Positions 46,996 to 62,057 are shown, counted from the stretch's first letter. The stretch: DNA of 64,000 nucleotides from the human T2T-CHM13v2.0 reference genome, Homo sapiens (GCF_009914755.1 NC_060936.1), one strand, 5' to 3'. Notes: generated by a model from the letters alone, not told the origin. Numbers and translations: made by a program.

Positions 46996-48724
46996 GCTGT
47001 AATTGTACACAGTTTTTAAAAGAACAAAAAAACTGTCCAACATTGTAATAGCACTAAGCATGAAATGACAATATGCCATTATGTGAACATGAGAATAACT
47101 TGTATTCTAAGATTTGTAAACAGGTTTTCTCAATAGAAGCACATCTTTAATATTTCAGAAGTAGCAAAAATACCATCTTTATACCATTAAGTATTCAATA
47201 CATCATTTGGGATGGGCAGTAGTTTTGTGTTTTAAAATCTACTGCGTCATGTTACTCCTTTTTACATCTATTTTCTCTTTCATCAATTTTCATAATCTTA
47301 TTTGCTTTCAAATTCCTTTAAATGTACTCTCATGCCATCTTTTTCCCTGTCTTGGCATCTAGTTACTATATCTGCTTTCCTTTTTCTATTTCGCTTTCTC
47401 TCCTAGTGTGTTCTATTTTCCTTTCTCTTTCATCTACCCTGATATCCTGACAGTATCAATTTATATTATTTTCTCTGTTTTTCTATTCTTTTTCTTCTTT
47501 TAAATTATGTGTGCATTTGTGGAGGTAGAATAATGCTTGAACCACTTCAAATGTTACTGCTATCCCAGTCAATCCACTGTGGTCCACAGATAATAAAATC
47601 AATAGGTGACTTAGGTCACTCACACATACTGAAAGAAATTATTTATTTAGTACAAAGTTCTATTAAAATATGTTTGTAAGTATTCATCACTCATGTTTCT
47701 CTTTTTGACAACATATTCTTGTGTAAATCTGTTCACTATCCCATAAACTATTCTCTTATTATTATGCCCTCTTGGGTTCAGTTGTTTCTCTGGTTTTTAG
47801 CCCTTCCTAACCAAAATCATAATTTGCTTGTTTTGTGTTTAATTTTTTCTCATTCAGAAATTGTAGATTTCTCTAGTTAATATAAAAATTCCTTGATGGC
47901 AGGGACCATGCCTTACATGTGTCTATAATCTCCAGATTATCTAATGGCATGTTTTGTAAATAGTAAGCAGGAAAGAATGACTGAAATAAAGAGATTCAGT
48001 AAGCCCCTAAATTCAGTGAATTTCTAGAGATTATTTTAAAATAGGATTCTAATTGTAAATTCCCCAAGAATTAATATTCTTGTTAAAATTTCTGTTACTG
48101 TGATGTTTGATAAATGATCAACATGGTTTATATTTTGTCAGATATAATGTAAGATTCCTACATTTATATCACATAGGAGATTATCTTCTCTTTCCATGAG
48201 GATAGCTGATTAATCTTAGCTGCTTTCTTGGTTAGGACAATTATCTTTGAATGAAAACTTTGTACTTAATGATAATTTTTTTCTATGAGAAAGCATATTC
48301 CTCCTTGGGCAACTATGATACTCTTTTGTTCCTTTTCTCATATCTCTAAAAACAGTGTCAAATTAGAAATAGAGGAATCGGCTGGGAAAACTCCCAATTT
48401 AAGCTTCATGGAAGCAGATATTTTAAAATTATTATTTTAAAATAATAATAATTTATTATTATTATATATAATAATGTTATTATTATTTATTACTGTTTTG
48501 CCAGTGTCTACATACAGTAGCTGAAGAATAAATAAATTTACACAGGAATGCTGTGGGTATTAAAAATGAATTTAGATAAGTTCAGAAAACTCAAGTATCT
48601 CTGACCATGCACAAGTTGGATTTAAATTGCAGACTGTAATTATGCAAATTAAAAAAAATGAGTATATAATTCCAAGTGAAAATCATGAAAATAAAACACT
48701 CTAGTTTTTTAAAAAGGCAATTAT

Positions 48725-49006
48725 ACGCCAGGTGCAGTGGCTCACGCCTGTAATCCCAGCACTTTGGGAGGCCGAGGTGGGCAGATCACCTCAGGTCAGG
48801 AGTTCAAGACCAGCCTGGCCAACATGGCTAAACTCTGTCTCTACTAAAAACTACAAATATTAGCTGGGTGTGGTGGCACATGCCTGTAATCCCAGCTACT
48901 TGGGAGGCTGAGGCAGGGAGAATGGCTTGAACCTGGGAGTCCACCTCCCACTGCACTCCAACCTGGGCAACAAAATGAGACTCTGTCAAGAAAAAAAAAA
49001 AGTCTA
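48725..49006 (+). mobile_element. AluS with rearranged right arm
   Basis: TSD aaaaaggcaattat at 48711 and 49007. Confidence 0.92.
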
Positions 49007-49245
49007 AAAAAGGCAATTATGAGGTTCTTCAGGGAAAAGAAGGTGCCCAATTCATCCTTGTATCATAAACTGAGCACACTCTATGGCACAAAATAAATGC
49101 TAATATTTGTTTTATTATAATTTAAAATATCCATGCTTATTAAACTATAGGTTAAATATAAAAGGAATAACTTCAATGAAAATATTCCATTGATGAACAA
49201 TTTTTTGACAGTGCATTAACTAATAACTTTTTTTCTGTTTTTCAG

Positions 49246-49387
49246 AATATATCAGGATTTAAAACTGAAGCCAAACTTGTTGGACTGGAACCAGTCAGCA
49301 CCTACTCTATCCGTGTATCTGCGTTCACCAAAGTTGGAAATGGCAATCAATTTAGTAATGTAGTAAAATTCACAACCCAAGAATCAG
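49246..49387 (+). CDS. PTPRQ: PTPRQ exon J (142 nt, phase 0/1): [47 protein letters not shown]
   Basis: actaat branch-like motif, long T tract, ttcag| acceptor; CAG|gttaga donor; absent from the ORF track. Confidence 0.95.
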
Positions 49388-50314
49388 GTTAGATACAGTT
49401 TTTGAGCCTAAAATGTTTCTTTTTATATTTAACACCTTTCTTTTCCTTTTCTTAGTTTATATGATAAAGTATCATTACTTAAGAGTCTACTCAAAGGGAA
49501 ATTGCATTTCAGTGCTTTACGTTTAGTCTTGGTCTTGTGTGAAATCATATGCTGTATGTGTGTTTATACATATATTTTCACACATGGTTTTTCCTTTTGA
49601 ACAGAGGAAGTTGAAATAAAATAGTAGTTTGGGAACAAAATAGCCTTCTAGATATCTGTGAAAATTACCTAATTCTTAGAACTCTTTGAGACAGCTGGGG
49701 AAAAAGGGGGAAATGAACTAGCAGTCACTTTTAACGGGCTGATTTATATTTTTAATGAAACAATATCTATAATTTTCTTTTAAGAAGATTAGTTGTGACA
49801 TTTGGAGAGCATGAGTCATTGCATAAGCCCCCTATGTTCCCATCATCCCATCTTTACCATGTGGCGGACACTGAAATATCATTGGTCTAATTCATCAACA
49901 GCTTACCTGCTGTGTCACACATGTAGTATACATGACATATCTTGCCTTTGTGTGCACACTGAATAGTTTTTATTTAGGACCTATTTAATGATGGCTTAGA
50001 AATGTACTTTTCCTTTTCTCAACTGCACCATACCTTTAAAAGCACCTCTTCTTAATTTTTTTTTTGTTTACTTCTGTCAATGTTTATTGAATGAGCAAAA
50101 GATCCCGTTCTAGTCATTTCTTCTTATCAGCTCTGGATGCACTTCCTGGTATGTTAGTGAATCTTTAAATCGAGATTGTAGACCACTGACTACTAAATTA
50201 ATCATTTCTGCATAAATTTATGGCTACCTGACACTGTTTTTCGTGCATTTCTGTAACAAATGCAAAATAAATAGCATTTATAATGGATAAAAGTACATGC
50301 TGTGAAGTCATTTT

Positions 50315-50545
50315 CTGGATTTGAATTTGAGCCCCATGACCTACTAGTTGTATAATCTTGGCAAAGGCTCATGACTCTGTGAGCCTCTGTAACCTTAACT
50401 GAAAAGAAGCACATATTAGCAGTAGCCATCTCATAATGTTGTTGTCAAAAATATTTGGAAAGATCCACATAAAGCACTTTATAGAGTGTTGTACACACAG
50501 TAAATGCCCACTTCATAGAGTGTTGGACACACAGTAAATGACCCC
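50315..50545 (+). mobile_element. MIR with internal duplication
   Basis: ctggatttgaat...tactagttgtataatcttggcaa...taaagcactt. Confidence 0.65.
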
Positions 50546-52154
50546 TGAATATTACTGTTGCCCCCATTCCCATGTTACAGATGAAGAAGCCATGATTGAG
50601 CTAGATTAGATGAAAAGGACCTTGAAAAAATTAGTGAAGAACCTAACTAGAACATTGGCCTTCTGACTTCTAGTGAAGAGTGGACATGACTGCAGGAAAT
50701 GCATGTTGTGAATGAGTGATAGAATATAAAAATGTTCAACCCATAAATAAAAAAATATTTTAATAATATTTGTACATGAGGACAATAAGAATCAGGGCTA
50801 ATCTTGTAGAAAGTGCTCTGTAAACCCATAAATATTTTTTATCAGTAAGATAAAATTGTACCCCAACATTCTATACTCTGATTATTTAAATAAATAAAAT
50901 TTTCACCTTTAAGTGTTTTAATATCAATGGTTAATTTTTTTTTGAGGTTCAAAAAATCAGGAAAATGGATATTCACAAAATCTGGATTTAGAAACTAAAG
51001 TTCAGCAAATTGTCAACTATCTTATGTTAACTTATTTTATAAAAATGTTCTTATATGATTCTGAAAACAAGGAAGTGAATAGTTAATAGCATTTAATTGC
51101 CAGATCCCTTGATCAGCCAGAAATTATCTTTAAAAAATTTTTTAATGCCACATATTCCCTAAATATTCTCCTTTAGTACTGGTGTCTTTATCTTACAGAG
51201 GAAGAAAAGTTTATAACAGCTCAGTTTAGACCCAGGTAGAGCGGTGTAGGCAGATCAGGGATCACCTGAGTATTCTTTAAAGCACTATGTTTTGCATAAT
51301 GGCAGCAAGTTATTTTCTTTCAATTTTCATTGTTTGTAATCCACAAATTGACTGTGTCCCAATTTTTCTTCTACCATTATCTTTTACTGTGACCAGAAAA
51401 GTTATTCTACTAATGCCACCATTAGGGGACATTGGCTAATTGGACATTTCTGTGGGAAGTAACCAGTTTCTCTAATGTGCAGTCACTTTGGTGGGCTAGG
51501 ATATTGTTCTTTGACCAGGCCTACCAGATATAGAGGACCTCTGAGAAGCTGGGTTAGTTTCAAGTAAATTCAGAGAAGCTCTAGAAAATAAGACTGAGAC
51601 TCCTTAAATCTTCCTTCCAATGATGTCTACAAAAGGTACTTAAAAATGAAATCCTCAAGATTCTTCCAAAGAAGCCATCCCGGTAAAAACCAGTACCTTT
51701 AAATTAGTTAGGGGTTTCCAAGTACTGTGAAGCCCAGATTTGTCACAACAGGGAGGCACCTGCATCTATGTTTTGCATAAAAATGTTCCATAATAAAGTA
51801 TTGCTAAGATTTTTCCTTTCCAATTAAGAGAGCAGTTATCAAACACTGCCTGGGCCTGGGCTTGAGGCTACACATTTGCTTCTGAGCTTTTGAGGATGTG
51901 ATTGGTGCTTCGAACTGGAAGATATTTAGTGACTGGTTCAATACTGTAATGATTAATACAATAGCATAAAAAGCAAGTCAACAGCCTTTTGATTCTGTCT
52001 ATGTTAATGACTTTTTAAGCACACATTGAAAATTTGATATATTAAATATTTTTCTAGTTCTAAACACAGATGTATCTAGTGATCACGTAATTCAATCAAT
52101 TATCTACTTACATATGTATACACTTTAACTTTGGGCATATGTTTATCTCTTAAG

Positions 52155-52424
52155 TTCCAGATGTCGTGCAGAATATGCAGTGCATGGCAACTAGCTGGCA
52201 GTCAGTTTTAGTGAAATGGGATCCACCCAAAAAGGCAAATGGAATAATAACGCAGTATATGGTAACAGTTGAAAGGAATTCTACAAAAGTTTCTCCCCAA
52301 GATCACATGTACACTTTCATAAAGCTTCTTGCCAATACCTCATATGTCTTTAAAGTAAGAGCTTCAACCTCAGCTGGTGAAGGTGATGAAAGCACATGCC
52401 ATGTCAGCACACTACCTGAAACAG
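52155..52424 (+). CDS. PTPRQ: PTPRQ exon K (270 nt, phase 1/1): one whole FN3, [16 protein letters not shown]...CHVSTLPET
   Basis: cttaag| acceptor (restores the VP linker seen in sibling repeats), CAG|gtaact donor. Confidence 0.94.
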
Positions 52425-55137
52425 GTAACTAACGTGAAACAGGTAACTAACATGAAACCTTTAACTATTTGGGGATTGTGTCAATACCACCTGCAATCTT
52501 TATAGCATACTTATCTAAACATACAAAGCACATATTAAAAAATACAACACAGGCTTTTTATCCCACGTGTTGCTTGAGTGCCAGCTGTGTACTACATTGA
52601 CCCTTCTCCAAAACATTGGGAGATTGAAGGGAGGAAAAAAAGAGAGATGATCCTCTTTACTGTATTTCCACAAATATAAAACCCCCACCTAATGAATTAT
52701 GCTTTATTGTGATTTAAAAGAAGAAATAAACATGTAAACCTTTCATGTATATCTCTTTTTAGTCTTACTTGTTTTTATGGAATTCTAGATGTTTTCCTGA
52801 ACTATATGGTTGCAGTATCAGACTCATTTTCATCTATTTTCTCCCCTTTATACCAGCCTTTATCTTTCATGTTATTTGAATAAAATATCCGGGTCGTTAA
52901 GCTTTAGTCCACAAGACGAAATTCTCACCTTCCCTAGCAGTGCTCTGTCCTGTATCATAATATCCTTCATCCTATTTTCTTCCATATTCTACCTGCTTAT
53001 ATAAATTAAAACCTGTTTCTTTCCTGATAACACCACTTCACTGTAGATATTGGCAATAATTGTTAACTTCTGGCACATCCAGACCCTTTATCTTGGAAAC
53101 GTCTTTCAAGCTGTCTTGAGGCTGTAAACCTAGAACATCAAGACATAGTCTGCCTTCTCTCTGATTTCAGCATCTAACTCCACATCCTTTCCTTCTCATT
53201 CTTCCAGTGCAACATTTTTTCAGACTACGGTGTTTCCCTTTCCAGGATGGAATAGTTACATTTCAACAACACCATCTCTTTGCTCCTTAGATCTCATACC
53301 ATGTCATTGTGACTTACCCTCCAGGAAGCTTCCTCACTCTGAGAAGGCCCCATTATTTGTTTTTTCCAAGATGCTGACTGGTAAATATTTCTAGGAAAAA
53401 ATAGAAATGATTCTACTTTGTTTGTCTATAAATTCATCGTCCTTAATTGTCCCAGCTGCTCCAAAATTTTCTATGTATCCCTTGTTTATTCTTCATAGGA
53501 AATATGTTCATAGGAATACTCTCTATTCCATATGAAAATTGTTCTCTTTCTGAACCTAGTCTGTTCCCCCATCATCCATATTTATTGTTATTTTACTAAT
53601 AATATCAAATATATTGATAGGCCCTCCTTCCATCAAAATTTATCCATGTCTTTATTTATGCCCTCCAGATATCTTCTCTTAGGAAGTCCTTGCCTTCCTC
53701 TTTCAGGGATCTAGCTGTTCATTTTCATTTTAATCTTATGTCTTCTCTAGGATATTACCCCATCAATTTATTCTAATATCTCCTGCATTTATCCTCTTTC
53801 TCTTTTTCTTGCACATTCACCCAAATTGTTGAAAAATCCCAACTGAAGACCTAGTTGGAGTATCAACTCCAAATATATATGAAATGGAATTTGTGTTACA
53901 TGAAATCACTGTCTTTTTCTTAGTTTTCTATGCCTGTTCTTGACAATCCATTGGACCCCAAGCCTCATAGTTTTATACAATTCCTTACTCCATCTCTTCT
54001 ACATACAATCAGGTCTTATCAATTCAATTTCCATCAGGGCTCTGCAATTTGCCCCTTCTCCACCTTGGCCACCACCATTGTATATTAGAGGGACCTTGTT
54101 GCTTCCTGTAATAACATCTTAACTAGCCTTATCACCCACACTACTTTAGCCTACCCATAAGTCTCATCTTTCCTCCTACTCACTTAATTGAATTGGTTCT
54201 AACATACAATTAGACCATTTATACATTGGCAGGTGAAATGTAATATCTGAACAATAAAGTTTAGACGTGTCAAGTTGGGTACCTGAAGCACAGAAGTAAT
54301 AATGAAAGGCACCATGTGTAGGAGATGGGTTAAAATACTCCAAATATTTTGCTCATTCTCATTGTCTAGAAAATATCCCAGAATCCATCGCTAATTAGAA
54401 TTTGGCTTCTCTCTAGCTTTTTATTCTTATATCCTTTTATTGTATCTTCTCATATAGCTGATGTCTCCAGCCAAACTTCATTTATTTAGCATGCTATTTC
54501 ACTATTTCAGTATTTTAACTCAGAAAACATTTATTAAACATCTAGTATGAACTAATAATTGACTAGATTCTCTTCTTTAAACATATCCAACCATTTTTCA
54601 TCATCAGATTGCTTTGCTTCCTTTAACTGTATTATTATTTTCCCTTTCTATGACACATAAAATTTTATTCATTTTTAAAAGCCCAGCTTAAATGTGCCTT
54701 CTTTATTAAAGCCTTTAATGGCATTTCTGGACTTCATCCCAGACTTGCTGACTCATAGCCTCAATGAGTGAAGCTTAAGAATCCATGCACTTAAGAATCT
54801 CTCTAGGTAATTCCGATATTCTGTATGTATTGGAGAGTACTGGAGTAGATTACCAGGAACTTTTGAGGACAGGCAAAGAGTGTCAGAAAGGTCCATCAAG
54901 GGGTGACAGGTGTTTTCCCAGTGGGTGGCCAGCACATCATTGCTATGTGGAGTCTGTGGGAAGAAAAAATGTCAAAATGTCAAAATCCAGGTAGGTGGTC
55001 TGCATCAGGGTGGTCTAGCACCAGGTATAATGGTCTTGATCATTGGGCAGGAGCTGAGTCTTTGAGAACTGGCAAATAAAATTACAGGACAACATATCTG
55101 AAATAAATGAGAGATTCAGGAACAAGGCAGGAGATAC

Positions 55138-55183
55138 TAGGTTGGTGCAAAAGTAACTGCAGTTTTTGCCATTAAAAGTAATA
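55138..55183. mobile_element. Half MADE1 (Hsmar1 mariner-derived MITE)
   Basis: taggttggtgcaaaagtaactgcagtttttgccatt matches the Hsmar1 terminal inverted repeat. Confidence 0.85.
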
Positions 55184-55329
55184 TTGAGTATACTGGTACT
55201 CAAAGTGACAGCTTAGACACAGGAATGAAGCAGAAATTCAGTTAGTAGAACTGTGATTCATAATCCAAATCGCAATGTGCACCTGATGTAGAGCCACCTA
55301 AATTTAAGGTCCAGGTCTTTGTAAAAAAA

Positions 55330-55334
<5 letters not shown>

Positions 55335-55381
<47 letters not shown>
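55335..55381. repeat. Perfect (TA)n microsatellite after an A run
   Basis: Direct reading. Confidence 0.97.
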
Positions 55382-55384
<3 letters not shown>

Positions 55385-56593
55385 GAAATTTGAATTCCGT
55401 CTTAACTCAGGATTAAAAGGCAACATATGTAGAGATTGAGGGGATTCAAAATCAAAGAATTAAGCAGTTATTAAACATATTGTACTATGAACTATGTACT
55501 TTCCTACTACTGAGTACCATTGCTTCTCAAAGCTTGAATTCTGCATCAGAATGTGCAGCACTGTGGCATGGTTCTAGACTTATGGAGTCAGAATTTGGGA
55601 ATTAGGACTCAGATCTTCATTTAAACAAGACATGTGAATAATACAATGCTGAATTTGGGAACCACTCATTTCCACCGCAAACTCTTTGCTTGTAGGAACC
55701 ATGTCTTATTTGTCTTTATTTACTCACAGTTCTAACAGAAAGCCTTGGACATTGTAGGCATTCAAATGGTTGTAGAAGAAAGAAATGAATTGTTTTCTTC
55801 TAAAATTCATTATTTTTCATAGAGGTTTTTACTCCATTACAATATATTATTTCCACATTCCCATCAGGCAAAATTATAAATATTTTCTCCCATATAAATA
55901 TAAAAATTCTTTAAGGAGAATCATTTATATAAAGCATGAGTATTAATTGCTGCTTCAAAAATATTTTGATTTTTATTTTTAAAATTGTTTTGCATCTAGT
56001 AGGTAATTATATTTATGATTACAATATTTATTAGGTAATTGATTTTTTATGGATTCACATGAATTGTTTGTTGATAAGAGGTTAGTAAGAACTGGGAATT
56101 TATTGTTCAGATTGGAAACAATTTTACAGCCTGTTGCATACTTCTAATTTATGTGGTCTAAGATTAGTCACAGTGTATAGCCAGCTCTGAGTCACTGACT
56201 CCGTACTTATTTTTGACATAAAGTGAAATCAAATTTGGCTCACTCTCTCACTGCCTAGTGTCTGACCTTCCAGGGATTATTGGGTATTTTTTTAATGTAA
56301 ACTTGGTCAAATCTGGATGCAGCTAAACATGTATCGTGACGATTGAATTTATGAGGAGATTAGTGTTTGGTGTCTAAGCTGGTTCCCTTGTCACAGTCAG
56401 ATATGTTGGAACAGGGCAGTAAAGATGAAGGCCCCCAAGCTTGGTTCTACATTTTTAACAGCAATTTTATGCCCAAATATATCATATAAACCAATACAAA
56501 TAATACAGCAAGTCCATGTGCATGCGGTATTTAATTTTTAGAACCTTGAATTGATTCAAAATGCACTTATTCATTTTACTATCAAAACTTAGC

Positions 56594-57050
56594 ATAACGT
56601 GGATGGAACTGGAGGACATTATGTTAAGTGAAATAAGCCAGGCACAGAAAGACAAACTTCACGTGTTCTCACTCATTTGTGGCAGCCAAAAACTAAAACA
56701 ATTGAACTCATGGAGATAGAGTGTAGAATGATGGTTTCCAGAGCCTGGAAAAGGTAGGAGGGGCAGGGGGGGTAGGAAAAGCGGGGATGGTTAAGGATAC
56801 AAAAACGCAGGTAGAATGAATAAGGTCTAGTATTTGATAGCACAACAGGGTGACTAGTCAATAATTTCTTTTACATTTAAAAGTAGCTAAAATAGTATAA
56901 TTGGAATTTTTGTAACACAGGAAATGATAAATGCTTGAGGTGATGGATACCTCATTTACCCTGATGTGATTATTATACTTTGCATTCCTGTATCAAAATA
57001 TCTTGTGTACCCTGTAAATACATACACCTACTATGTACCCATAAAAACTT
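56594..57050 (+). mobile_element. L1MA-type 3' end
   Basis: tggatggaactggaggacattatgttaagtgaaataagccaggcacagaaagacaaa...tactatgtacccat. Confidence 0.9.
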
Positions 57051-57420
57051 AAGATTTAAAATTTAAAACCAGTTAAAACAAAGCTAATAAATGTTGGGAT
57101 TTAATATTTGGTTTTAAAAACTTGGTCTTTTGTGGAAGATAATTTTATAATTTGGGTTTATCCAGAGCTCTTCCAAGCTCCATAATTTAGAATCAAAAGA
57201 GAAAAATAAGGTACTTCCCTCAGATGCAAAAATTTAATTTAGGGAAAGTAAAATGTGTATTTCTGGTTTTTAGGGGTGTTCTTTTCTGCAGTGATTTCTT
57301 TATTAGCTTTTTGTCCAGTGGAAGATATCAGGCATATGCAGTGATCCACTGGAAATCCACTGAGCTTGCAAATATATTAATGCTACAATATGATTGACTT
57401 GGCATGTATTCAATTTAATT

Positions 57421-58040
57421 ATCATCATCATCATCATCATCATTTTAGAGACAATATCGCACTATGTCACCGAGGCTGGAGTGCAGTGGCTTTATCTCAG
57501 CTCACTGTAGCCTTAACCTCCTGGGCTCAAGTGATCCTTCTACCTCAGCCTCCTGAGTAGCTAGGACTACATGTTTGCACCACCATGACCAGCTTATTTT
57601 TTGTTTGTTTGTTTGTTTGAGACAGGGTCTCATTCTCTTGCCCAGGCTGGAGTGAAGTGGCGCTATCTTGACTCACTGCAGCCTCCACCTCTCAGGTTCA
57701 AGCAATTCTCGTGCCTCAGGACTCCCAAGTAGCTGAGATCATAGGTGTGCACCACCACACCTGGCTAATTTTTGTATTTTTAGTAGAGACAGGGTTTCAC
57801 CATGTGGGCCAGTCTGGGTATCGAACTCCTGACTTCATGTGATCTACCTGCCTCGGCCTCCCAAAATGCTGGTATTACAGGCGTGAGCCACCGCTCCCAG
57901 CCTGCCCAGCTAATTTTTTATTTATTTTTGTAGAGATAGTCTCACTATGTTGCCCAGGCTGGTCTCAAACTCCTGGTTCAAGCAATCCTTCTGCTTCAGC
58001 CTCCCAAAGTGTTGGGATTACAGGCATGAGCCACACACCC
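57421..58040 (-). mobile_element. AluJ with (ATC)n tail, interrupted by an AluS (about 57602-57902)
   Basis: Right arm, then a full second Alu, then left arm; degenerate TSD tgaccagcttattttt / tgcccagctaattttt. Confidence 0.9.
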
Positions 58041-58725
58041 AATCTAGCTTATTTGTTAAATACATTACTTATATATTTTATAAGAATTTATAAAATTCTT
58101 ATATACCATTTAATAGATTGAATGTGGGCAGTAAAACTGCTGCCCTTCTATGGCTACAAATTAGTGCACTAAATCAAAAGTTCACTTTTCCTTTGTATCC
58201 TACTTACATAGCTTTCCTCATCCATCTCCTGAATTAAGATTTGAAATAAAGGATGTAGGAAAGTTGCATGATTCTGATTGCTCTCAAGCAAGTGAATAAA
58301 AACATTCAACTTACCGGTGGGTAATCACTAGAAGCACAAAAGACATTATAGTTGCCTATCATAAATCAGAGGGAAATAACTATTAGTATATCTAATTGAA
58401 ATTCAGGTGTTTTATACAGTATCTTTTATATAGACTTAATTATTAAATATAATATTTTTCTTCAGTGTGAACATCAGGTGAGGAATCTCTTTTTACACTT
58501 CTTGTAGTGCAGTGGACAGTTGACCAATATATACTTATTTACTGCTTGCTATGTTCAGGTTCTAGGTGTGGGGTTCAAGACCCAAGTTTGAGTGCCAGGT
58601 GGCATTGGGGATCTTTGCCCTGCACATCCAAATAACTCCATTATTATAATAAAAACATATTTAATATGTATAAAACAAACACAAACCTACATAATATGTT
58701 GGTCAATTTTGTGGCTTGAAGATTT

Positions 58726-59015
<290 letters not shown>

Positions 59016-59879
59016 TTGAAGATTTAATTAAATAAATATTCAGGAGAAAAATATTTTATTGAAACTTTTTTGAAGAGTGAAATGTGAATTGGATGTTGCT
59101 TATTGATAGTTTCAAAATTGCTTTCTATGGGAAGTTAAGAACCAGTAACCTAATTGGAAAAGGATGATATGGCACATATTTGTCTTGAACCTTGAATTTC
59201 GTAGACAAGTACACTAATGTTTACTTAGATCATCTGATATAGATCAATAAAAGTCAGGTTTTCTAAATGTTCTTTTTGGTTTATCAGTATGCTATGAGAA
59301 AATGGCAATTGTACATATCAAAGAACATTCCTCTTTTATTGGAAATATCTTGGATGGTTAGGTTGAGATCAGAAGAGATTATGGGTTGACTAAAGCACTC
59401 ATGGTAAGCTGCCCTCCGACACCCTCACTATTCATGAAAATAGTGAGAATAGTAGTTAGAGGAGAATAAATAGGAATTTCAAGATACAGCAAGAGAAAAC
59501 ACATAGTGGAGAAAGGAATGCAGTACAAGGGGTCAGGCTGAGACCAAAGCTTGACTACAGAGGAGGGTATTTTATTAGAAGGAGTGTAAGCAGGAAGGTT
59601 GAATAACTGAAGTGGACCCCTACTTACTCTGCTCTTAGTTTGATGTGACTGTCCCAGAAGTTTGAATCTGTTATAATAGAAAATCAGGAACTTGTGCTAA
59701 ATTTAGAGAAGGAAACAACATAAGTAATTCTAAAAACAGTGATTGTTTTTGGCCATTTTCCTGAACACTGCAGAAATCTCTTTAGATGGAGGATTTGTTC
59801 ATTACATATTTACTGAGCCTCCTAAGTAATACAGAATAAAATCTCCAGTCATTTCAATGGCCCATAAAGCCCTTCTTCT

Positions 59880-60178
59880 CAATCCAGTTATCTGTCACTT
59901 CCCTTATCTTGAAATTTATGCTCAAATGCTACCTCTTCAAAAAGGATTTCTGACTAATTTGCCCTTGAACGTCCTTCCTCCCAGCTAGAATTTTCCATAC
60001 TCCTTTCCTGCTTTACTTTTCTCTTTTGGATATATTATATGTACCATTATCTGTGGGTCTGTTCTCACATGCTGCATGGGGACAGAGATTTTTCTTGGTT
60101 CAAACCTATTTCCAATGTCCAGAAAAGTATCTGGCATACGTGATAATAAGTATATTATAAATGAATGAATCAATCAAT
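59880..60178 (+). mobile_element. L2 3' end
   Basis: ctcaaatgctacctcttc...tctggcatacg...aatgaatgaatcaatcaat. Confidence 0.7.
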
Positions 60179-60627
60179 GCACAGGCCAAGAAGAGTGATA
60201 GGCATAGAGCAAACACCAAGTATGCATATGCTGGGTGTCTTAAGTAGAAACTTGCAGTCACAAAACAATTTTTAAACAGTTATGTATTAAAACATATGAG
60301 AAAGGCATGTCTTGATGAATGTATTTTCTAACTAAACATTTTAAAGATAGTTGTAGATTCAAATGTAGTTATGAGACATAATACAGAGAAATCCTTCATA
60401 TCCTTTATCCATTTTCTTCCAGTGGTAACATCTCTCAAGTAGTGACATCTTGCAAAACTGTACACAAATAGTATATCAGATGGAAAACCTTTCCATCAGA
60501 ATAATCCCTCAAGTTGCCTTTGCATAGACAGACCCAATTCCTGCCCACCATCCTGGCATCTCTCCTCATTCTGACCCCTTGGACACCACTAATCTGTTCT
60601 CCATTTTCTATAATTTTTTCATTTTAA

Positions 60628-61228
<601 letters not shown>

Positions 61229-61603
61229 TAACCATTCACTAGTTGAAGGACATGTGAGTTGTGTCCATTTTGTGGCTATTAGAAATAAAGCTTCTATAAA
61301 CACACGTGCACAATTTTTGTAGGAACATAAATTTTCCTATGTCTAGGATATGCACTGAGGAGCACATTGCTGAGTCATATGGTAGTTGCATGTTAAGTTT
61401 TTTTAAGAAACTGACAAACTGTTTTCCAAAGGAATTGTACCCCTTTAAATTCACACCAACAATGTATGAGCCATCCAGGTTCACACATAGGTGTATAATG
61501 ATGTATCATTCTGGTTTTGTGTTTCCCTGATGGCTAACGTTCAATAGCTAATTGAATATATTTTTTATGTACTTATGTACCATCTGTATATCCTCTTCTA
61601 TGA

Positions 61604-62057
<454 letters not shown>

